NCBI RefSeq assembly: GCF_021869535.1 | Contig: NW_026262690.1 | Location: 61,876,001-61,940,000 of the forward strand | Length of the DNA stretch: 64,000 nucleotides | DNA from: Mytilus californianus | Taxonomy: Eukaryota | Direction of reading: 5' to 3' | Part shown: in pieces, positions 52,836 to 64,000 of the stretch | Position numbering within the stretch: the stretch's first letter is position 1 | How the letters are laid out: each line of letters starts with the position of its first letter | Made by a program: the position numbers and the translations under genes | Notes under the pieces: model-generated | Seen by the model: the letters and a program-made list of their open reading frames with translations, nothing else | What the model was told of the DNA's origin: nothing | Databases searched by the model: none

Positions 52836-53385
52836 TGATACTAAACCCCTAACGGGAGGGATTGTACTTGATTTTCATATGATGAAGACATAATCTTTCA
52901 ATCAGTTTAATTGAGGTCTGGAGCTGGCATATCAGTAACTGCTAGTAGTCCTTTGTTAATTTATGTATCATTGTCATTTTGCTTAGTTTCTTTTGTTACC
53001 TATTCTGACATCGGACTGGGACTTCTTTTAAACTCAGTTTTACTGTGCGTATCGCTGTGTGTTTCTTTATTCTACATTGGCTAGAGGTATAGGGGGAGGG
53101 TTGAGATCTCACAAATTTGCGCCTGTCCCAAGTCAGGAGCCTCTGGCCTTTGTTAGTCTTGTATGTTTTGTAATTTTAGTTCATTTATATGTTTTGGAGT
53201 TTAGTATGACGTCCATTTTCACTGAACTAGTACACATTTTTATTTAGGGGCAAGCTGAGGACCACCTCTGGATGCGGGATTTTCTCGCTGCGTTGAAGAC
53301 TCATTGTTGGACTTCGGCTGTTATCTGCTCTTTGGCCGGGTTGTTGTCTCTTTGACATATTCCCCATCTCCATTCTCAATTCTAT
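52836..53385 (+). mobile_element. Non-coding copy of the PLE 3' region (5'-truncated or non-autonomous)
   Basis: Collinear with the reverse complement of 7861-8430 from TGATACTAAACCCCTAACGGG to CCATTCTCAATT. Confidence 0.85.
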
Positions 53386-56300
53386 GGTATGTGGTTAACA
53401 GAGTAACACGCTCTCAGGACGTTATATAACCCTTGTATCAACTCATTGAAGGTACTTAGGTGACCTGTTGCAAGGCAATATTTCTGTCACTATTCAACCT
53501 ATTTTTCCAGTGAAGTACCAAATTCCCGTCTTACATCCCAGTCAACATTCTTTGCAGAACCTACCTATCGGATTCATGGGTAATGTGTTCTCATTTGTCA
53601 CTGAACGTTAAGAAAACATCAACCAATCAATCAGTATGTGCCCCTCCAGCATATGTAATAATAAATATTGTTTATTTGATGCTAAAACTTATTCAATACT
53701 CACTTGTGAAATCTTTCTTTGTCAATAAACGAATTTTATAAAATAAAATTTTTTCATGGGAATTCTTTCTCATGTCAAATAATCTCGTACACGTGTAAGC
53801 ATATGCTGCATACAATTGGTAACAAGTAAGATGGTCTGTAATGAAAAACACACCAGCCTTTTGGTTATATTATTAATGGCTATTCATAACTACAATGTAA
53901 ACAGTCAAAGACAGAGAAATGTAGTTGTTTTACTTTCCCACAACCTTTTCCTCATAATCAAATGCATAAATTGAAATTTACATAATCGGTTTACCTTGCA
54001 TCTTGAAGGCATTCTCTGAATATGGTACAAAGACAATCTATCAACCCATTTGAAATAATTTCATATTGAAAAGAACAAGAAATGACTTAAACCATGATTA
54101 ATCTGTAATTGGAACGACGCGTAACAATGCTTTCATTTCAGGCACATCAATTGCTCAAAGAAAGAAATTGGAATCAATATAATGAATTCCTCCTTTTCTA
54201 CTGTTTTGAATGAAATAGCAATTAACACACCTTTACAGAAGAAACATAATGGCTTCAAACCACTTGCAATATCATACGATGTAATGAATTGTCATAATCA
54301 AACTTATAATTCTGCGAAGTCACTTACAAATCTTCTTTGAAAATTTGCATAGAAATTCAATTATTTCAACAATCAAAGAAAAAGAAAAAACCGAAAGTGT
54401 TTACGTTAAATCAGATTTGTTAAACAGGTATTGAATATTGCATTGAAAAGACATTAAAAATATTCAAAACTATTGTAAGATATTTGACGAGAAATTATTA
54501 AAAAAAATGTATCTGATTAATAAGCAAAGTTTCTAGGCAAAACAAAATATTCACACATCAAGATAAAACAATTCAAAAATACATTCAATTATAACCATAT
54601 CCTGAACATAAAATGATTCTTATTGTTCCAATGTCTGTCACTTACTTCAATTTTCATAGAAAATCTTTGTACAAATAATGTTTTACTGTTGAAAGGACAG
54701 TAAAAGGTTCATTTCCGTTACCTGAGAAATGACAATTGAATGAAAAGTTTATATACCGGGAGACCTTAGTACAGACACGAATTTTGGTGAAATATTTCCA
54801 TTTATGTCTTACCATTCTCAGGTAACTAATATTTACATGGCAATTAACAAGATTTGAAATCTTAATTAAGCACGTTGGAACAAAGATGTCAGTGTCAGCT
54901 GCTGAAATATTAAAAGCTTTTACTTGAAGACATCCATTAAATAAATATTTAATTCCGTTTACTTGAAAATATTTTATCCAATTAAAATACTTATTATGAT
55001 AGAACTCAATCTGTAAATTGAAATAATTCTGATTTCTGCAAAAGTATCAAATTCTTTTTATACGAAGCATAAATATGATACCAACTTTTGACATTTGATT
55101 TCAAAACTTGAAAGGCATTTTAATTTTTTTTTTTTCAGATGGTAGTCAAGACAAACGTGTAGAGTATGAAAGAAGTGGATCCTAATAACACGATAATTTC
55201 TAAAGAAAACGCATCTAAAGGTCAACATAAAGCCATTTTCATTAATTAGGTAACCAATTTAACAAGGAGTTCGTGGTAAATTTTAACATAAAAAACTTTT
55301 TTGAGGAAGAATCACCCGAAAAGGGACAATTTCAAACAAGTAAAAATGATCAACATAACATCTTCAAGTTTCATATCCAATAATTAGATTTGAAGTAAAG
55401 TAAAGATAACAAAAATGTGATATGAAACACTTCTTTCAATAATTCATTGAGATTCTGGTAAAAAAAATCAGAACTTTAAAAGATCAGGATATCTAGCAAT
55501 AGAAAGAATGGCGAAACACTAGTCTAATATTTTGTCTTCATTACTCGCGATATATTGAAACATGTTCGATTGACTAAAACCTGTGACCTGTACAGATTTG
55601 ATTCGTTTGGACTTAATACCTGTGACTTAATAAAAAAAACTTTTCTATACCTTTCTTTTTCTACTATTTCAATTATAAGAGCATCCAACCCATGACATGC
55701 AATTATTTCTACGAAACTTAAAAACTGTTAATATGATATACTGTTAAAACAAATTTCTTGTTTTTCAAAAATATAATCAAGAGAAATACTAGAGCATAAA
55801 CCTTGGAAAGTAGTTCCTATGGTGTTAGCCGGAAATTGTAGCATCTCCATGTAAAGATGGCAACGAAAACGTGATCATCTTCATTACGCTGCTCAACATA
55901 ATCCTCAAGTAATGAAACAAAGACGGAAGAGATATGACATTGATGCGACCGTGAAATTAATCACTTTGTAGAAAACAATGAGAATGACTTTAGACAAACT
56001 TTATACGAAATTGTTTCCTCCGTAGGAGACGGGACGTGAAAGACTGAAGATAGCAGAATATAGACATTTTCATAATTAAAACACAGCATTTTCTCTATTA
56101 GTTTTAAATCATTCTTATAAACTCCATTACCAAGGTATACAGATAACAACTTAACAGGATATCATTGCTTAGAAAGTTTAATAGCAACATTACGAAAGCA
56201 GTGGTCGAAGTTATTATTGATGAAATAAACGCAATATTCTCATCAACAGTTGATAAAAGAGATACTATCGGAAAAGAAAATATTAATGCATTTTTTTTTA

Positions 56301-59300
56301 TTTCTATTTACTTGGTGGAGAAATATTTCTTGGTGTAAACCTAATTATGTGGTCAAAATGCAATTAAACTGATGAAAGATGGTTTATGGTACCCTTGTAA
56401 CCAGTTTAAATTACAAACCATGCAGTCTATGAAATACTCTGGTAATTAAAATTTGTCTTTTGGAGTATTTTATGGACGTTATAATTGACTTGTATGTCAG
56501 TTGAAGCTCGGTCATATGAACAAGCATTGGTAAAGAATTATAGGTTCAAAAGGGTCATAGCTTTGTTACCTTTGAACATTGCTATTATCATTTTAGTTTT
56601 TTTTGCTCTCTTCGGTTTTTTTAATAGAATGATAAAATGTCATAAAAGGGGAAAAAATTAAGTCCACCATTATCTTTTCAATGGTATCAAAGTTTGAAAA
56701 AGCCTTATACTTTAACCCTCACCTTTTAATTTATTGATATTTTATTAGCCATTACCTTAAAAATTTCAAAGAAGAAGAATATTATAAAGCTTTCTTCTGC
56801 AAAGAAATGCGTGTGTCAAAAGAAACTGATTCTCGTGTGCCTATCGGCGGGCGACATACGCCAATTAAAATTTGAAATAAATTTAAAACCCAATGAATAG
56901 ATGAATCAGATTATTTATTCTATATTTCACGCTAAGAATGACTATAAAGAAGTAGTAAATCACTGTAAAAATGTTACAACAAAATTGTAAATAAAATTGA
57001 AAGTAATGGATCAGAGATGATAGGACCACAGGGTGTCTTGAAGTTCAGGAATAAAAAATAAGTAGGGAAGAATATTATTTGCTTAAATACTTCTGTCGTT
57101 TACACAAACAATATAATATTTATTTTTAGAAGTCCTTTAAAAACTTGATAAAAATAGATTCTACCACTGCATCCATGCATCCATGCATATGAAGGACTAG
57201 AACAAATAAACAATAAATCCTATCGGTAGGTCTTTCAAAGAGAAACGACCGAGAGCGGGCGATATAGACTGCCACTGGAAAACGACGGTATGTTGGATAG
57301 AACAGATACTCTGTTTTGCAAAGGTCGTCTAAGTATATACCATCTGAGTTTTTTGCAAAAAGTAAAATAACAAAAATACCGAACTCCAATGGTTCTTTTA
57401 CGTCCACATATGTATTTCAATACATCTACCACAAATCAACCATTGGGGTACCATGCGTTACACAGAAAAATATCTAATATTAAGGTCATGTATTTATACA
57501 TATATACTGTGTAAGACATATATTCCTGAAGATTTCATTGATGGTCTTGAAACAACCAATAATTAATCAAGCAAAGACGATACATAAACACACAAAGTTA
57601 TATCCGTCATGACTGCAGGACGTTGGTGCAAACTAATTTCAGCTCAATACGGCTATAATATATGGAACAGTATTTACGAAATGAAAGGATAATCACATAT
57701 TTGGATTCTATTATCTTTCATAATAGACTTCAGTTGTGGAAGTCCAATATCACGCACAAGGTAGTACATCATGGATGATGTTTATCAAGGCAGAAAATTT
57801 TATAACGAATAAAAATTTCCATTTGAATAATTTCACGAACTAACAAATGCAGAGATTGATAATAAAAAAACTATCCATAGAAAAAACCGAAACAATAACG
57901 AAAAGATTTTAACATTTTAAATGTTGAAATAGATAAATAAAACTAATATTCTCGTCTTATAATTTGATATACAGACATATTTCTGCATGTTTATATATCT
58001 GATGGGTTTCCCAATAGTAAATTCTCCTAAAACTCTTGTGGCCATGCAGAAAACTATACACTGAGATTATAATTAATGTAATTAGGCCTATATTCAAATT
58101 TAGATGATCACGACTTTATGAATATGGCCTCTCCATCATGAAAATAAGATAAATGTATTCAGTTGTTTTTTAATAAAAATCCAGGTATCAGTTGTCTATC
58201 ATTAAATAACAATCCAGGTATCAGTGGTCTATCATAAACAATCTTCTGGAAAAAAAACCCAGATATTTAGGAAAAAATTCTGATCACTAAAAAGCCTGTT
58301 ACGAGGGCGGAGTCTCACATTCTCCTCGAAACTTAAATGAATGCAACAGCACACTGAATATAAATGGTTTAGTCGTATTATTTAAAACACCTAACCAAAA
58401 AACTGATCAACGTTTGCATTCGAAGTCATTTTTGTAATAATGAGAGTGTATTGTCGCTTATACCTCGCCCTTATAATCTACCCTGCCAGTCTCGTAAAGA
58501 CTTCTAGACAGACACAAGCACAAAGAGCACAACAAAACGAATAAAATATATCAACAACGATATTAGGCAAAATTAGAAAAATACAATATGCACGAAGCAC
58601 TCAAAATATGTATACAAAAAATACAGGTCGGTAAGGAAGATGTATTAACGCACGGAAACATATGACGCATCTAACAAAATAAAAATCCTACGCGCAAGAT
58701 GTTCACGATTGCACCTTGATGTACATACTGATACAAATCATCAAAAAGTTATGTATACATGTTACATACTAACGTAAATAAAACAAATGAAAAGATTGCA
58801 TACACATTAATATTGAACTTATTGGACGAATGCCAGCATGTCTTATAACTAAAACAAAAAGTAACGCCACTGAAATATACCAACAAGCATAATATTAGTG
58901 TACAAGGAAATAGTCATATGTTATCTAAATTTTATTTTGTATACATCATTCACATTACGATGAACCCCCGCAATAAGAATGCATGTACTTAATGAAAGAA
59001 AACGCTCTATATCACTACTCTCGACATAAACGTGACCATACAAGGCACAGCTCCTGGTTTAGAGACTCCCGAAAAAATAATGAATTGGATGCTTATTTTA
59101 ATCACGGTACTTCATAATCTGTTTGACATACAGGTCCTGTGTCCATGCTTCCCTTACACGAAACTGATAACGCTCCGTTATACTTTACTTCCCGTTAAAT
59201 CTGCTCAGTAGATTGTAATCTAATGATACTCACAAAGATTTTAAGACTGAAATTAAATTGCTTGATGTAACAGAAAAAAGTAAAATAACACAAATACCGA

Positions 59301-59930
59301 ACTCCAAGGAATCATCAAAACGGAAAGTCCATTATCAAAAGGCAAAATCAAAAGCTCAAACACATCAAACGAATGGAAAACAACTGTCATATTCCTGACT
59401 TGGTATACATGCATTTCCTTATGTAGTAAATGGTGGATTAATAGCTAGCTAAACCTCTCACTTGTATGACATTTGCATAGAATTCCAATATATTGACAAC
59501 AATGTGTGAGCAAAACAAACAGGTAAAAATGTCAAAAATTGGGGTGCAGCAGTCAACAATGTTATAATCTTAATCACCATAAAAACAAACAACTACGTAA
59601 ACAAAGAAAAACAAAATTGCATATAGAAACTCTATAGACAAAGCACATAAGCAAAAATGAAAGACAAGGATACAAAAAATGACCACAACACAATAACACA
59701 ATGGCGGGATGTATAAATACCGAGCCACGCCAAGAGAATATTACCAAAAATGGACTAAACAGTAAAGGCTAAAAATATACAAAGACAAATAAAAAGAAAC
59801 AGAAATTAGGACGTTGTTAGGGAAGCGGAGACCAATGATCTATATTTCAGTCATATATCTGTCATATATCAGTCCGATACATATAACAGAGAATCTGAGC
59901 CACATATTTGAAGCACTTATAATACGATTA

Positions 59931-60330
59931 GTGTATATTGAACAGATATATCATGTTAAGGAGGGGTATTTGCGAAAAATACCAGTCGAGAGAATGTTAA
60001 ATTTCGCGAGCCGTAAGTCGAGGGAAATTCATTCTCAAGACTGGTATTTTTCGCAAATACCCCTCAAAAACATGCTATATCTGTTTAATTACACCGAATG
60101 TTAACGTTCAAAAACGCATTGATGATCGTGACGTTACAAGCGTCCAGTCGGATAGAGTATTTTTTGGCAAATACCACGGCAGAGAGGATAAAAAAGGCAT
60201 ATCCTTTTTGCATATACCCCGGCGGCGTTAAAAAATGAACGATATCCATTTGATAACAGTAAATTGGTGAAAAATACACTGGCTATCAACCAATCAAAAC
60301 CCATGATTCTTACATAAGGTGTAATTAATA
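59931..60330. mobile_element. Long-palindrome non-autonomous element
   Basis: Hairpin 59931-60094 (GAGGGGTATTTGCGAAAAATACCAGTC / GACTGGTATTTTTCGCAAATACCCCTC) with GCGAGCCGTAAGTCGAG tip; CCAATCA at 60290-96. Confidence 0.75.
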
Positions 60331-61129
60331 TATAAATACATTCTACAAAAAATATATATGCCTTCGAATGATCACGGTACTAGTATAATATATCTTGCAT
60401 AACAAAAAAGAAAGAACCAACTATCGACTTAACCAAAGGAAACAGGTACTGTTGGGGAATGAATAAAAAGTAAAGAAAAACGAAGGAGAAATTCGTTATA
60501 CAAAATCGTAAACTACGCAATTCAGTCGAGGGAATGTTCAGTACTATTTTTATTCTTTATTTTTAGGTGGATTCAACCCTGTGATTGGTTTGCTGTGATA
60601 AAAAATAATCTTAATTTACGGTTGGTTAGTTTTTTATTTAAATATTTTGATTAACATAAACAAGTGGAAGTTTGTCAGCTCAACAACAGATGAATAAGAA
60701 AATAACCATTTATGAAAAATGTCTTTGAAACGTACGCCACTTGTACGCGCTAACAAAACGTTTTGTCCTAAATACACCAGGGGTATTAATATTAAAAAAG
60801 ATTTATCTTCTAGTACTTTGTAACTGTTTTCTTCTTCTGCTAATAATGAATTTTCTAAGTAAAATTATTTTTTATTCGAATTATACTTCATCAATAAGCT
60901 TAGAGTGGGGTCATTGTCATGCTGATTTAACACCAATACTCAATCAAAATGCCTGATTTGTATCATGGTGGGTTTGGAATTACAATTTATTTTTTAGACA
61001 GGTGTTAGTCGGTTGCCATTTTATTGTAACATATAACGTAAACTAAATACTAGCTTTAACACACCAAATAATAATGATTTGTATATATACCATGCTTTGT
61101 CATAAATAGGAGAAAACATACACATTCAA

Positions 61130-61315
61130 ACGGTTTTTCCGTTTGAATGGTTTTACACTAGTAATTTTTTGGGGCCCTTTATAGCTTGCTGTTCGGTGTG
61201 AGCCAATGCTCCGTGTTAAAGGCCGTACCTTGACCTATAATGGTCTACTTTTATAAATTGTAACTTGGATGGAGAGTTGTCTCATTGGCACTCATACCAC
61301 ATCTTCCTATATCTA
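61130..61315 (-). repeat. Family A copy
   Basis: Reverse complement of 1053-1220. Confidence 0.85.
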
Positions 61316-62135
61316 CTTAGTAGTTTACCTTTAATTTCAAATATGTAAATATAAATGCTATATTTACCAGTACTACATGTAACCAGTGCTGATAAACACA
61401 CAGTGACATCTGTCCGTTTTGGAATCATATGGAGCCAAAGGTTTAGTAGCAAATTAATTTCCAGCAGCAGTTAAATATGTGAACGCCTTCAAAAGGTTAA
61501 CTAAAATCTTTAGCATAAAAGTTTGGAATCCATTTCGCAAACTTGCACATTAATTTAATAACTAAAAGTTTCTCTGTAGTTCTGTACTTAAAAAATCTCA
61601 GTTATTTAAACCAAATATGATAAAGAGAATTCATTAGTTACTGTCAAAAGGATTTGTCTCACTTTGACGACAAAAAGGATTTTCCTATTTTCTTCTATAT
61701 ATTTGTTATATACTGATACTAACCAAGAAATATATGCTTTTTTATAAACTCGTCTTAACCAATGATATACTGGACATCAAATGGTTTTCCGTGTAATCTT
61801 TATTTTTATTTATTGGTTGTTAGTTGATTGTATGATCGTTTAACGTCAGACTGCCAATGAGACAACTTTCCAGTAGAGTCATGACGTAGAAGTCAGCAAC
61901 TATAAGTCACCTATAAAAGGCCACAACATTACAATGTAAAACGATTCAAACAAGAAAATCAACGGCCTGATTTTAGATAAAACAATAAAACAAATATGAC
62001 AGACAGCAACCAAGTTGAACGAGAACCTCTAAATTACAGGCTCCTGCCTTGGGACAGACATATGACAAAATGTGAAAACAATTTAAAAGAGAAAAAAACA
62101 ACGGCTTGATTTATGATTAAGCAATACAATATGTT

Positions 62136-63192
62136 CGGCGTTTTGCATCTGCGCCGATCTGCATTTCACTTGCGCCGATTTTTTTAGAAGTAGGATTTCG
62201 AGCAGGATCAGTCAATTTAAAAGATAAAAGCACTCTGTTTACATCCACTATAAAATCACGAGTAAAAATCTATTTACAGCATTCAAAAGCACAACATTAA
62301 AATCAATAAAAATGGAATACAATGAATTATAAATCTGGTCTTGCCGAGTATTTATATGCTACACATCTGATGTATTCCTTCCTTGTAATTTCATCTCTTC
62401 TATACTTGTTGTACTTACCAACAACGAAGTCCATCTTTTCTTTCTCTGGCTTGCGTACAGAGGCGGACATTTCAAGAGTGCTCATTTTGACATAAGTAAC
62501 GGCCTGTATTTTCTTGATGACATCCATAAAGACATATATGTTAGGGTGGTGCGAATAAAACTGTTCATTGTAATGCGAATGAAACGATTCTGGACCGTTA
62601 TTCGTCCTCTTACAGTTTTCAACGGGTGCAGCTCCCCACAAATAAGGTCGATAACGTGAAGTTGAGCAAATATAAGTACTTTTTCCTTGCTCGTATCCGG
62701 AGTTCTTTTGCCTCTGTCTTTCGGTCATCTGCCACATGGTTATGCTCGTTCTGTGTTCTTACAATAGTCAGACCATCAGAATCTGTGGTGACTCTGGCTT
62801 TACACGACTTGATGGTACTTCGGTAGGCTATGTTATTATGTTTCAGGACACTGACCTACCAATATGTATGGCCATCGATGCTCAAAGAATTGCATCCTCG
62901 GCTCGTTTTAGTGTGCAATATGTTCATCGTGTCACAAAGAAGTTCCCGAACAATATGAACCAAAATTAACTTAAACATAAGTGAACACCGTTTATATCCA
63001 GATTTTACTAATATACCTTCTAGGTATAGTACATGTATATGTATTTACTCACCCGTGTTAAAATGCAAATGCAAATAGGAGCAAACATAGAATCGGCGCT
63101 AGGGGTAAAAAAAATAGGCGCTAATGAAAGAATCAAATATACGCAAATAAAAGATAGACAAATTTTTAAATCGGCGCAAATGTCATACGCCC
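62136..63192 (-). mobile_element. Internally deleted Mutator-like (MULE) DNA transposon
   Basis: Imperfect ~25-bp TIRs (CGGCGTTTTGCATCTGCGCCGAT vs GGGCGTATGACATTTGCGCCGAT), subterminal GCGCC(GAT) repeats, and an 8-9 bp TSD (C)AATATGTT at 62127-35 and 63192-200. Confidence 0.85.
62327..62927 (-). pseudogene. MULE transposase remnant: FLYWCH-like N-terminus fused to the C-terminal segment, DDE core missing
   Basis: From the ATG at 62927: MNILHTKTSRGCNSLSIDGHTYW*VSVLKHNNIAYRSTIKSCKARVTTDSDGLTIVRTQNEHNH... After a frameshift near 62680: ...LW...RTNNGPESFHSHYNEQFYSHHPNIYVFMDVIKKIQ, which matches the MULE RTNNxxExxH...HP motif. Confidence 0.8.
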
Positions 63193-63419
63193 AATATGTT
63201 TTAATTTATCAAAAACAAAATCAATGTTGTTATCGAAATATTTTACTATTATGTGTCATGCCTATTCAGGACGATAACAAACAAGAATGTACGCCTGTTC
63301 GTGCTAGGCATAACACAACTCGTAATTCAATGTATCAGAAAACAAGAATATGGTTTAAGACAGATCCGAAAAACTCATCACTGCAGTATTACTGGAGAAA
63401 TTTTTTGTTTGTTCATTCA

Positions 63420-63810
63420 ACAATTTGAAAATTTCAAAGTATCGGCAAGCAGGAATTCAGTGTTTTGATGATTCTAAAAGTTCTCACACATTATATCTCA
63501 TCACTGTCAAATGCTGACTTACATGAAGTCCTTGTGTTCAATAGTAGTTTAGAAATGTGTGGCAAAAAGAAAGTTCTTCCAACAAATAGAAAACTTCAAA
63601 GTATCGACAAACAGGAAGTAGGTATCTGACAGATCAGAGAAGTGCTCCCATATTACAACTCGTCACTGTCAAGGTCCTGATCAAAGATGAAGTCATTCTG
63701 TGCATTTGTAGCTGGAAAAATTGTCCCGGTCATATGCAGGACGACCGGACAAACACACGTAATGACAGACTAACAATGTGTATGCAATATAATACCTACA
63801 CCTAGAATTT
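63420..63810. repeat. Diverged ~162-bp tandem core repeats (possible second HINE-like element)
   Basis: GAAAAxTTCAAAGTATCG at 63427 and 63589, each followed by a TCACTGTCAA...ATGAAGTC block. Confidence 0.45.
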
Positions 63811-64000
63811 CTAATAAATCCAATGTGTTAGGTGTTGTATTGTGGGTTAACCGGGATGTGTGTGTGTGTGTGCATTAAACCCTCCCCTAATCTTGGACAG
63901 TAGTGTAACAGCACAGCGTAACAACAAAACGTAAAGAAAATCAGGCGGAAAGTATTTGACTCATCAGATCAGTATTAAGCAAAAAAACAACAAACAGAAA

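Noticed and set aside
55139-55185. Possible plus-strand terminal exon (GSQDKRVEYERSGS*)
   Set aside because: The acceptor is good, but no phase-compatible coding exon was found upstream.
62626-63468. Plus-strand ORFs of 66-131 aa
   Set aside because: Antisense to, or within the ends and flank of, the MULE remnant.

Overview
AT-rich, repeat-dense eukaryotic genomic DNA with no prokaryotic genes and no CRISPR. The repeat families resemble those I recall from mytilid bivalves (inference, unverified). No host protein-coding gene is confidently identifiable, and there is a 376-N gap at 21892-22267. The only long ORF (8500-9906, minus) is a Penelope-like retroelement (PLE) reverse transcriptase with no C-terminal endonuclease. 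The most striking feature is a ~4.1 kb head-to-tail array (43979-48081) of ~540-bp units. Each unit carries a minimal type I hammerhead ribozyme (CUGAAGA core, AUA cleavage triplet) whose helix III is the self-complementary octamer AUCCGGAU, which fits a dimer-activated, retrozyme-like system predicted to yield ~540-nt circular RNAs. Two other decayed hammerhead families with the same architecture and covarying sequence are dispersed in the window. Also present: an internally deleted Mutator-like element with TIRs and TSD, a Helentron-associated (HINE-like) element, a Harbinger-like MITE, five long-palindrome elements, SINEs, and non-autonomous repeats sharing a 21-nt motif with the PLE 3' region.
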